Made by a program: the position numbers and the translations under genes | The notes under the pieces: generated by a model | Databases searched by the model: none | Told to the model about the DNA's origin: nothing | The model's input: only the letters and a program-made list of their open reading frames with translations | From: Rhodothermales bacterium | GTDB taxonomy: Bacteria; Bacteroidota; Rhodothermia; Rhodothermales; Bin80 | Length of the DNA stretch: 64,000 nucleotides | Assembly (NCBI GenBank): GCA_022822185.1 | Contig: JAJECE010000079.1 | Span: 547-64,546 of the forward strand | Direction of reading: 5' to 3' | Shown: positions 48,650-57,648 of the stretch, piece by piece | How positions within the stretch are numbered: position 1 is the first letter of the stretch | Layout: each line of letters starts with the position of its first letter

Positions 48650-49078
48650 ATGATCAATACACTATCACTCTCACGTGAACTCACCAAGTCGGGGCTTCAA
48701 CGAGAGCACGCTGAGGCCATTGCAGATGTCGTTGCGAGAGCGGTTGTTCAGCACAACGGGAATCTTGCAACTAAAGAGTTTGTACATACCCGTATTGTTG
48801 AGATACAGAAAGGCACAGATGGTAAAATTGATACTTTACGTGTGGAAGTCGGCGATTTACGTGCGGAAGTCGGCGAGTTGCGTGTGGAAGTCGGCGAGTT
48901 GCGTGTGGCAATCAGTGAGTTACGCAGTGATATGGAGACCCAGATAGCTTCAGTTCGCGTGGAAATCAGTGCTAGCGAGGCACGAATCGTACGCTGGTTA
49001 GTGGGAGTCGCCATAGCTTTAGGCATCTTTGAGGCATTAGGTGATGTCCTGCCCAGCCTGATATCAGGGCTTGGTTAA
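48650..49078 (+). CDS. DUF1640-like coiled-coil protein with a C-terminal membrane anchor
   Basis: LSRELTKSGLQREHAEAIADVVARAV...ATKEF, then heptads VEVGDLR/AEVGELR/VEVGELR/VAISELR, then the hydrophobic tail RWLVGVAIALGIFEALG. Confidence 0.6.
   Translation: MINTLSLSRELTKSGLQREHAEAIADVVARAVVQHNGNLATKEFVHTRIVEIQKGTDGKIDTLRVEVGDLRAEVGELRVEVGELRVAISELRSDMETQIASVRVEISASEARIVRWLVGVAIALGIFEALGDVLPSLISGLG
48842..48925 (+). repeat. Four 21-nt tandem units (two nearly identical) inside 48650-49078
   Basis: The units are gtggaagtcggcgatttacgt / gcggaagtcggcgagttgcgt / gtggaagtcggcgagttgcgt / gtggcaatcagtgagttacgc. Confidence 0.85.
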
Positions 49079-49360
49079 TCCTTTGTTGGGCAAGTATTTT
49101 CGTAGCATCAAGGGCTAGCCGATCAGGATTTATTGCCCGTGCTCTTCCCTGATTGGAAGCTTATAACTGGTTGCATAGAATAAAAGTTAATGTCGTTAGA
49201 CAACTCCTGAATTCTATGATATTCAAATCGTCGTAGTCGGGTCGATAGCCCGTCTAATTCAGGGATGGAGGGGAGACAATTCTGGATTACTGAATTGAGG
49301 CGGGAGTTGCGCATGACCATGTGCAAAGTCTGGCATCATGCAGTTTCGAGGATTTCTGGA

Positions 49361-51475
49361 TTAGCGGTTTCTCTGTTTGACCACATCCGCGACCAACTCA
49401 CTCTGTTTTCCGTAACTGGCAATAAATAATGATTTGCGAGCCCGGGTACAGGCCACATACAGGAGGGAACGCGCCTTCCGGTAAATTTCTTTCTTTGCCA
49501 TCTCATCCTCTGCCTCTTTGAGTACGCCTTGATGCGGGAGGTAGCGTTTATTTGCACTTGCCACAATCATATGATCGTATTCCAGTCCCTTCACACGGTG
49601 CATTGTAGCGAGCCGGATCCCAGGAATAGATGCACGGTCATTGTTCTTTTTGAGTTGATGGACCTTGATTCCCCGAGCAGTGAGTGCTCCCTCATAACGT
49701 GCCAGTTCGTGCAAGGTTGGGGCAACAAGGCAAATATGATGAAGGTGATCCTCGTTGCATTCCAGACTGTTGATGTACTTGATGATGCCTTCCTGTTCTT
49801 GAATCTGGGTACGGTAGGTTTTTATGATCGGTGGTCTTTCGCCCTGGATCAATGAAGTATATCCCTTCAGCGTATCCCGCTGCCCGTCCATGTCATCGTA
49901 CGGGATCCCCCTCAGAAATCCGATGGCCCAGTTACGTACTCGCTCCGGGGTGCGATAATTAATGCGCAGCCGTCGGCCGCGTCCACGGATATTAATACCA
50001 CAGTGGGATAAAATCACCTTCCGTCCATAAATGCGCTGGTGTGTATCGCCGGCAAGGAGCAGATCATTTTGTCCTTCGGGGAGGATTGCACGGATCATTC
50101 GGAGGGATGCCTGGCTCATGTCCTGTGCTTCATCAACAACCACACTGCAGTAGCCTGGTGGATCGGTCTGGAACTGCTCCACCAGTTGATGTTGAAGATC
50201 ATAGGGGTCTGTAATCCCCTGTCGTTTGAGTTCGTCACGGTAGGCTTCAAAGACCTTCCAGAGTTGCCCGCGAGCGGTTCGCGTTAATCGCTGGCCACGC
50301 CCCCGGCGGGATGCGCGAAGATATTGCTGCAGGGACTGCAATCCGCCTGCTGCAACGACGGCTTCAAATTCATCTCGAATAAAATGCTGAGAATAGGGGA
50401 GGTCATCCATCATATCCATGGCGATCCTCCACGCTTGATTCGCCAGTTCTTTTTCGCGACTGAAATAGGTCATGCGATCCGGCAGACCACGCTTTTTGGC
50501 CTGGATTCTTACCCAGGAATCAATATTGTCCACCTCAATACGCTTGAACACGTCCGGAGCGCACATGCGCCTCAGATTATTGGAAATATCGGAGGCCAGG
50601 TTACTGTTGAATACAAGGAATAAAATCCGGTCACGCTCACCGGTAAAGATCTCACTTGCGAGGTGATGGGCCCGGTGCATGGCAACCACGGTTTTACCAG
50701 TCCCTGCACCTCCGAGTACCCGTATTGGGCCGTTGGCGTGCATTTTGACGATACGTTCCTGAGATGGATGCAGGTAGATTCTCCATTCGGATAGTGGTGC
50801 GTCAATCATTTTCTGGAGATCTTCATCCGTGATCGTCACAAACTGGCGCCTGTTTTCGGGGTGATTCAGTTCATTTTCCTCATCATACTGGCGGGCAAGC
50901 TCGGTGATTTCTTTGAGGATGTCCTCATAGGATGTACCGGAGGCAAGGTCATCCAGCGCAAGCCAGACATCTTCGGGCAGTACATTGGAGTACTCCCCAA
51001 GGTCATGGACGGTTTTAAAACTCCGCACTAAATCCAACTGCGCCTCTGGCACTCCCAGGCGCAGAAGTTGGCGGTCACGGTAGGCAGAGAACAGGGTTTG
51101 CTCCTGTTGTTCTTCCCCGGGCTTATCCTCGGAGGATTCAGAGATCTGGATCGTCTGATAGACCCCCGTGTACTGGTTCTTCTCAAAACGGTGTGTGCGT
51201 GCCCAGGCATAGGCGGCATCATGTACATCCACATGCAGGCAGATGACCCGGTTACTCTCTTTTTCCTGATATGCAATGATGCGATACTTCAAGTCCAGCC
51301 GGATGGAGCGCATCCTGCTGCTGGTAGACAGGACGATCTTCTCAAAATTGAAGCCGCTGGAGTGGGGGTTCGTTTGATAGCGGCTCATGAAACTGAATAC
51401 TTTGGATTTTTGCGCGGTGGGGAGTCTTTCGGCAGCGGCCCAAAAGGTTGATGTCTGCATGAGAGCAACATTCAT
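49361..51475 (-). CDS. SF1 UvrD/Rep-like helicase with an N-terminal RelE/ParE-like domain
   Basis: Walker A LGGAGTGKTVVAMH, motif II VVVDEAQD, and C-terminal ATMHRVKGLEYDHMIV...LLYVACTRARKSL. The first ~100 aa (ERLPTAQKSKVFSFMSRYQTNP...RSIRLDLKYRIIAY...VICLHVDVHDAAY) follow the RelE/ParE toxin-fold pattern. Confidence 0.8.
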   Translation of the reverse strand: MNVALMQTSTFWAAAERLPTAQKSKVFSFMSRYQTNPHSSGFNFEKIVLSTSSRMRSIRLDLKYRIIAYQEKESNRVICLHVDVHDAAYAWARTHRFEKNQYTGVYQTIQISESSEDKPGEEQQEQTLFSAYRDRQLLRLGVPEAQLDLVRSFKTVHDLGEYSNVLPEDVWLALDDLASGTSYEDILKEITELARQYDEENELNHPENRRQFVTITDEDLQKMIDAPLSEWRIYLHPSQERIVKMHANGPIRVLGGAGTGKTVVAMHRAHHLASEIFTGERDRILFLVFNSNLASDISNNLRRMCAPDVFKRIEVDNIDSWVRIQAKKRGLPDRMTYFSREKELANQAWRIAMDMMDDLPYSQHFIRDEFEAVVAAGGLQSLQQYLRASRRGRGQRLTRTARGQLWKVFEAYRDELKRQGITDPYDLQHQLVEQFQTDPPGYCSVVVDEAQDMSQASLRMIRAILPEGQNDLLLAGDTHQRIYGRKVILSHCGINIRGRGRRLRINYRTPERVRNWAIGFLRGIPYDDMDGQRDTLKGYTSLIQGERPPIIKTYRTQIQEQEGIIKYINSLECNEDHLHHICLVAPTLHELARYEGALTARGIKVHQLKKNNDRASIPGIRLATMHRVKGLEYDHMIVASANKRYLPHQGVLKEAEDEMAKKEIYRKARSLLYVACTRARKSLFIASYGKQSELVADVVKQRNR

Positions 51476-54400
51476 TTGTCGAGGAGTTTGAGGATTTCGG
51501 GAATATTGATGGCCGTCAGTTTCTCCAGTTCAAAGCAATTCCATCCGTCACGCTCACACACGGAGCGATCCTCCCAGCATTCTCCATAAAGGAGCGCCAC
51601 GTTCTGCGCGGGCCATGCGATTTCGGCAGTGGTGAGGATCTCGTTAGCGGGATTGGTAATCTCAAAATATATCTCAGGTGCAGGGGCATCATGATCTGCC
51701 AATTTTTCAAGCAGCGGCAGATAGGAGGAATCCAGAACTTCGTCATTCAAAACATTGCTCCATGCGTTTGACCTACCGGGATGGATTTCCTGGATACTCA
51801 GTGCTTCGTAGTGCTCATTCCTTTGAATCCCGGATGCACAGAAAAAGCCAGTGCGGGGATGAATGAACTGGAACAGGTTCATTGCCCGCAGGAATCCATT
51901 CCAGATCGGTTGAAATGTGATCTCGGACTGTGCACGGTCATCGATATAGGCAAAAACCCGCAAAGCGGCAGGATCAATTGTTTCGGAATTGGCGAGATTG
52001 ACGGCGACGCAGCTGGTGTGCAGTTCTTTTTGATCACGGATCCAGTACGCTCCGATACGAGCGCCTTTTCGCATGAAACAGTCCTCCATGAACCATTCCG
52101 GGGCAAGATCGCTGAGCTCGTCCGCGGAGGCGGTCTCAATGACATTCAGTACGGCATGACAGTACGCCAGTGCCTGCCATTTTTCGGGGTCTGGGTCTGT
52201 CAGATATGCTTTTAGGAGATCAAAACTTCCTGCCCCTTTCACGTTGTTCTGCTGTGACAGACTTCCCAGATCTGATTCAAATTTTTTGATAAAACTGTCA
52301 AAATTTCTGAATGCACTGCGCCGGGAGTCAAGCGGGAACAGATCTCCGTTTCGTTCGGGCTCATCCTGTTTGAGGTCATTCCATGTCAGGGACCAGACTA
52401 GGTAGCGTCCGGAAGCCAGAATTGCCATGCGTTTCAGTGTGTCATCCGCGAATTGATCCCGATGATACTCGAAGCCGTCCGTAAAGACGGCAACAGGGAG
52501 CGCGTTCGAGTTGGGGTCCGGTGTGAGCAAAAAATCCGGTTTAGAGGGCACCTGTACGCCTTTACTCCTGTCCAGAAGAACCTGACATTCAACGGTCCAG
52601 ATCTCGTTACCGACTTTGAGTTCGTATAATTTATCGGTGCCGCGGTGGATTGGTGACAGACTGGCTGAGTGCCATTTTTTCAGATGTTCAAGGAACCTCT
52701 GTTCCAGTGCACTGTCTACGAGTGGATGGACAGGAATATCATCCAGGCTTCTAGTCTCATCCAGACCGTCTCCTTTGTTCACAATGCTTTCCAGGATATC
52801 AATAGCAACCTCTCTGGAAATCGCCCCTCTATGGAACGAGTTGCGGTATGCAAAGAGGCATCGATAGCACCCGTCTTTGGCCGGATCCTCTTTGCATCGG
52901 CATTTTTTTAGATCATCCAATGCAGGCCTCAGGACTTTCTCAAGAATTGTTTTGTCTGTGAGGAGATCCCTGAGATGCCCGGTTCCACCTGGCACGGTGT
53001 CGTAGAGATAAATGAATGTACGCCGAATCTCTTCGCCGGGGACCGGTGCATCCTGCGTGATCGTTTGCAGGTGGTTTACCTGACCGCGAAAATGCTCTTT
53101 CAGCCCCATGAAAAGGGCCGCGGAGAATGATTCGGCCTGGAGTCCGGTTTCGGTATGATCTACAACCGGTAAGAGGATGCGGATACATTCGGATTCAAAG
53201 TTATGATACAGAGACAGGGAAACTCTTGGCTCTTTGTCTTTGTCCCGATATCTGCAGTAGTATTCATGGGGAGAAGTCTCATTTTCCAGTTCCACTCTGC
53301 CGCATTCGGTGCAGATACGGAATCCTGCAATGATTTCTTCCTCGCCGGCGATCTTTACCCGGGATCCATCGGAGGATGGATCTCCGTGGTTGATGAAGGT
53401 GAATGCGGCCCCTTGAATAAAGTCAAATCCAAACGGTACCTCGGAATGTCGGGCTTTGTAGGCGATTTTCACATCTTCGGGATCAAATTTTACATGGGTT
53501 CGAATGACAGGGCTGATGTGCTGTCGCTCGTCACGCCGGTCATCAATCCGGTTGTTACTTTCGTGGGAGGTGGATCTGGCGGTGGAGAGGCAGACCAGTT
53601 TTAGTGTCTGTCCCATATCTCCCCATCCATCAGAGTTACATTGCGGACATTTGGCAGTTCGTTCTTCTGACTCGGGTTCATGCCAGGAGCAGTCGGGACA
53701 GAACCGCCAGGTCTGGATGTCATTTTTGTCAAAGCGTATCCCGTTGATGCGAACCTTTTTCCCGTTCGCATAGAAGTAATTCCCAGGGGCGAATTCCCGT
53801 ATGGCCCGCTGACCGGGCCGTTCAAAGGTTTCGGTCAGCGGCTTCTGCTGTTCCTTTTCTTTTCGCTGCAGGATTGTGGAATGCAATTGGACACTGCTCT
53901 GGGGGAAGGCATAGTTCGGAAGGATACCTTCGTCCGAGAGAAAATTGAACACTTCTTTGTCACCGATATGAAATCGGAGGCTTCGCAGTCCGGCCCGGTG
54001 ATTCTGGAGGTCTTTCAGATTCTTTTCATAGTTCTCATCACGCGGTGCATGTTCATAGTCTTTGATCCGTCTGCTCAGGCGCTCAATGCGGTTATGCAAC
54101 TCCCTGCGTTCGGCATACTGCTGAATAAATGCTTCCGTGACTCGATATCTCAGGTTGGTTTTAGAGGAGGCATCCGGGTAGAAGAAGTGAGTCAGAGATT
54201 CAAGCAGTTCCGGTTGCAGGTTGCCAAACAGTTCCTTGAACCCCTGCGCCAGCTCATCAGCATGAGTGGTAACATAATTCAGCCAATTGAACGGGAATTT
54301 CCCATCATCCTCGTTGGCCAGAGAACTGAGAATAATCCTCAAATTATCTGGAACGGCCGCATTTTTTGAATGGGCAACCCACATATCCAGGCTATAGGCG

Positions 54401-57400
54401 GCCATTTGGCGCTCCAGTACGGCAGGTGCTTTTAAGAATACCCCAGGTACAGTCACTTCACCGCTGATCATATCCTGCGGTTCGGCAAAGAAATAGAGGT
54501 CATGGGGCTGATTGGTTGCAACCGCAAATCCAAATGAATTTCCATCTTTCCGCCCGGCCCGTCCGATCCGCTGGACATAATTTGCCTGTGACGGCGGGAT
54601 GCTGCACAGAAATACCGTTGACAGGTCTCCGATATCGATCCCCAGTTCCAGGGTTGGGGTACAGGAGACGATATTCGGATCCCAGGGGTGTCGCTCCTTG
54701 CGCATGAATGTCTTTTCAATCTCTTCCCGATGCCCGGCGGTCAGGAGACCGGTGTGCTCTTTGGGAACGAATCGGCAGACATCCCCGGCCCCGTAGAGTG
54801 CGCGGTAGTAGTCTATATCATGATCCTCTTGAATTTTGAATTGTCCCCGGCATTTGTGGATCATACAGGGCATCGCCTGCCAGATATCGTGATCCTGTGC
54901 AGGGACGCTGACATCATACGAACAGGTTTCACAGGCGAAACGGGTCACTTTTGTGGTAACCGTGAGTTTGTTCGGCGCAACTCCCCAGACGGTGTGCTGA
55001 TTGGCGGAGTACGGCTTGAGGATGCCGGCAGGTGCAGCATCAATGATATCCTTGAGTGCCGCATCAAATCCGGCGGGAGTCAAGTTTTCTTCTGCGACCA
55101 AACATTTATGCCCCCATCCCTGGACCCAGGAGTTGTTTCTGCTCCCTGTGAGGGGAAGAAAGTTTTTCGTAGATTTAGTGGATAAGAAGCCGTGACGCGG
55201 GCTGTTGGGCTTGAATCGGGGTGCCCATTTTTGCTGGAGATAAAGTTTGGTTTTCCCCAGCCCCTGGATATAGTCTTTGAGTGCGGGATGTGCAATGCCG
55301 CCACCGGTTCGGAGTCGATAGAGGAGGCCGGTCAGAAATTGGATCAAGTTCTGTTCTGTGATGGATCCCAGCCCTTCGTGATATTTTCCCCTGATGGCGG
55401 GCAGGATTTTCGCCGTCCAGTTTCTCAGTAGATTCTGATCCACCGAGACGGCGGCGGAGTGGGTGTTTTCGAGGGTGCGTCCTCTGCGGGCACGAAGTCC
55501 GAGGTTGTCAAAGACTTCCCATTTGAGGCGTTCTGCCACGAGGTAGGGCAGATTTGAGTTTTCGGGGAGTGTTCCTCTTTTGACCAGTACTCCATAGTCA
55601 TCCATCCAGTCCATATTGGGCGCAATGAATGTGCCTACAAAGTCTGCATCTCCCAGGTTTTCACGCTGAGATTGCACAAGCCCGTTTGCAATCGCTCCAA
55701 TATTCCGATCTTCATCCAGGTTTTTGAGGTATTGCAGGATTGCTGTTCGGACGCTAAAGGCATACGTCCGGGCCTCAAAGTAGCCCGCGCGGTGCGCAGC
55801 ATCCTGCACGGAGTCGGAGAAGGTCAGGACCTTCTTATCGTCATTGTAACGGGATGAAAAGGTTTGCCCTAACGCTGCGGACAGCAGCGTTGCTCCCCCC
55901 GCACCGAATATGTTCGGCTGATTGGACTCTCCGCAGTGCGGGCATTCAGGCCTTCCATTCTGTCCGAATTTCAGGGAGGGGATATGAACGGGGAGGAGGG
56001 CTTCTTCCGTTGAGCAGTCTGAGCATTTTGTTGCACGGGCATTCTGGGGTTGCAGGCATGCTGGACAGAGGCGCCAGTTTTCCGTGAAGTTTAAGTCTTC
56101 TCCTGGGTAAATGACCTTCAGTTCAGCGGCGGCGGACTTGCTGAAGTAGGTGCGATAGATCTCCTCAAGGTTCGTGATAAAGGGATCGGTATCGGTTTCC
56201 TGCGCCGTCACCCATCCTGCGGTCCCGCACTTGATGCAGGAGGCAAGCGGAAGGTAGTGCGGGGATTCGGTTGAAGCCAGATCGGCATCCCATGCTAATC
56301 GGGGATTCGGATCCACGGAGACGACCATCCTTTTGAGTTCACGCATCCAGAATTGGATTCTTACATCCAGCAGGGGCCGGTCTGCGGTTTTTGGGTCTCG
56401 GGCATGGCTGACCAGAGACAGAAGGCTTTCCAGAAGAAGTTGATGATCCGCGCCTTCTTTCGCATCTTCTTCCCCGGGCAGTCTCCATTGCCCGGCCACT
56501 TCTGTCATTAGCAGGGTATTGGGGCCGACCAGTTGTACTAGGTTCTTAAAGGCACCGTGCTGGTGCAGTTTTTTGCCAAGATCTTGTCTCCATTTAGGCG
56601 TATTGAGCGTCTCTTCGGAAACTTCACCTCCGAACCATGCCTTGTACTGTGCCTGGAGGTAAGCCTCACTGGATTCAAACTGATCTGACCGAAGTAACTC
56701 ATCACTGGTTGGAAACTTAACATACGATGTCTGTAAATCTGTCAGATAATCTCTCGGATCCAGCCGTGCCTCGGTAATGATTGCATCGTCATCAAATTCG
56801 GCATCAAAGATCGTTCTGGCATATTCACGCAGTTTGTTACCGGATCCGGTACCCAGCGTGGCAGACGTTCCAACGGGGCAGATGGTTTTGCACTGAAGGC
56901 GTGTTTTGAGCCTCCGCAAAAGGCACGCCAGATCGGTTCCCTGCGCTCCGTCAAACGTATGGAGTTCATCCACGACCACATAGCGCAGGGTATCTGGATG
57001 GTTCTTCTCCCAGAGGGGTTTATCCTTTGGCCGGATCAGGAGATAATCCAGCATCTTGTAATTGGTCAGCAGCAGATCAGGAGGCGATTCGCGCAGCTTA
57101 TGCCGATCTGAAATGATATTGGACTCGGTCATACGGGAGTGAGAACTTGCACCGAGTCCACCGACATAAAGGCCTGCGGTAACCACTGCTTTGAGGCTGG
57201 GGGTCTGGAAGATGAGTCTTGCAATCCGCTTGGCCTGATCTGCCGCAAGTGCATTCATCGGGTAGATGAGGATTGCCTTGATCCCGGACTGCCCGGCGGT
57301 CTGCCGGCAGTAGTCCAGAATTGGAAGCAGGAAGGACTCGGTTTTCCCGGACCCGGTGCCGGTCGCCACGATCGTCGGTTTGGGCGGGTCCGCGCCCAGC

Positions 57401-57648
57401 CGCTCAAATGCACGCGTCTGATGCAGGTAGGGGGGAAAGCCCAGTGGGATTTCCGGGAAGGGCTCTTCGTTCGAGGTGCTTTTCACGAACGGGAGCTGGA
57501 AGGACAGATAGCTTCCCCGGATGGCTTCTTTGTTCCTGATGAACTGATCCAGCGCCTGCGCGAGTGCCGGCGTGGTAATCCGGTAGCGTGTCCGCAGGAA
57601 ATCCTGGATGGTTTCGTGGACTTCCCGTCCCACAACGGAAGGAATCAT
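51472..57648 (-). CDS. Giant DEAD/DEAH helicase + DUF1998 (MrfA-type Zn) + Vsr/DUF559-like endonuclease fusion (DrmA+DrmB-like or DruE-like)
   Basis: VATGTGSGKTESF (Walker A, aa 94-106), VVVDELHTF, LTFSDSVQDAAHRAG, TLELGIDIGDL, QRIGRAGR. DUF1998 signature YLYDTVPGGTGHL and GCYRCLFAYRN. Then PDFLLTP...LPVAVFTDGFEYHRD...LKRMAILASGRYLVWSLTWNDL. ATGA overlaps at both ends. Confidence 0.85.
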   Translation of the reverse strand: MIPSVVGREVHETIQDFLRTRYRITTPALAQALDQFIRNKEAIRGSYLSFQLPFVKSTSNEEPFPEIPLGFPPYLHQTRAFERLGADPPKPTIVATGTGSGKTESFLLPILDYCRQTAGQSGIKAILIYPMNALAADQAKRIARLIFQTPSLKAVVTAGLYVGGLGASSHSRMTESNIISDRHKLRESPPDLLLTNYKMLDYLLIRPKDKPLWEKNHPDTLRYVVVDELHTFDGAQGTDLACLLRRLKTRLQCKTICPVGTSATLGTGSGNKLREYARTIFDAEFDDDAIITEARLDPRDYLTDLQTSYVKFPTSDELLRSDQFESSEAYLQAQYKAWFGGEVSEETLNTPKWRQDLGKKLHQHGAFKNLVQLVGPNTLLMTEVAGQWRLPGEEDAKEGADHQLLLESLLSLVSHARDPKTADRPLLDVRIQFWMRELKRMVVSVDPNPRLAWDADLASTESPHYLPLASCIKCGTAGWVTAQETDTDPFITNLEEIYRTYFSKSAAAELKVIYPGEDLNFTENWRLCPACLQPQNARATKCSDCSTEEALLPVHIPSLKFGQNGRPECPHCGESNQPNIFGAGGATLLSAALGQTFSSRYNDDKKVLTFSDSVQDAAHRAGYFEARTYAFSVRTAILQYLKNLDEDRNIGAIANGLVQSQRENLGDADFVGTFIAPNMDWMDDYGVLVKRGTLPENSNLPYLVAERLKWEVFDNLGLRARRGRTLENTHSAAVSVDQNLLRNWTAKILPAIRGKYHEGLGSITEQNLIQFLTGLLYRLRTGGGIAHPALKDYIQGLGKTKLYLQQKWAPRFKPNSPRHGFLSTKSTKNFLPLTGSRNNSWVQGWGHKCLVAEENLTPAGFDAALKDIIDAAPAGILKPYSANQHTVWGVAPNKLTVTTKVTRFACETCSYDVSVPAQDHDIWQAMPCMIHKCRGQFKIQEDHDIDYYRALYGAGDVCRFVPKEHTGLLTAGHREEIEKTFMRKERHPWDPNIVSCTPTLELGIDIGDLSTVFLCSIPPSQANYVQRIGRAGRKDGNSFGFAVATNQPHDLYFFAEPQDMISGEVTVPGVFLKAPAVLERQMAAYSLDMWVAHSKNAAVPDNLRIILSSLANEDDGKFPFNWLNYVTTHADELAQGFKELFGNLQPELLESLTHFFYPDASSKTNLRYRVTEAFIQQYAERRELHNRIERLSRRIKDYEHAPRDENYEKNLKDLQNHRAGLRSLRFHIGDKEVFNFLSDEGILPNYAFPQSSVQLHSTILQRKEKEQQKPLTETFERPGQRAIREFAPGNYFYANGKKVRINGIRFDKNDIQTWRFCPDCSWHEPESEERTAKCPQCNSDGWGDMGQTLKLVCLSTARSTSHESNNRIDDRRDERQHISPVIRTHVKFDPEDVKIAYKARHSEVPFGFDFIQGAAFTFINHGDPSSDGSRVKIAGEEEIIAGFRICTECGRVELENETSPHEYYCRYRDKDKEPRVSLSLYHNFESECIRILLPVVDHTETGLQAESFSAALFMGLKEHFRGQVNHLQTITQDAPVPGEEIRRTFIYLYDTVPGGTGHLRDLLTDKTILEKVLRPALDDLKKCRCKEDPAKDGCYRCLFAYRNSFHRGAISREVAIDILESIVNKGDGLDETRSLDDIPVHPLVDSALEQRFLEHLKKWHSASLSPIHRGTDKLYELKVGNEIWTVECQVLLDRSKGVQVPSKPDFLLTPDPNSNALPVAVFTDGFEYHRDQFADDTLKRMAILASGRYLVWSLTWNDLKQDEPERNGDLFPLDSRRSAFRNFDSFIKKFESDLGSLSQQNNVKGAGSFDLLKAYLTDPDPEKWQALAYCHAVLNVIETASADELSDLAPEWFMEDCFMRKGARIGAYWIRDQKELHTSCVAVNLANSETIDPAALRVFAYIDDRAQSEITFQPIWNGFLRAMNLFQFIHPRTGFFCASGIQRNEHYEALSIQEIHPGRSNAWSNVLNDEVLDSSYLPLLEKLADHDAPAPEIYFEITNPANEILTTAEIAWPAQNVALLYGECWEDRSVCERDGWNCFELEKLTAINIPEILKLLDK

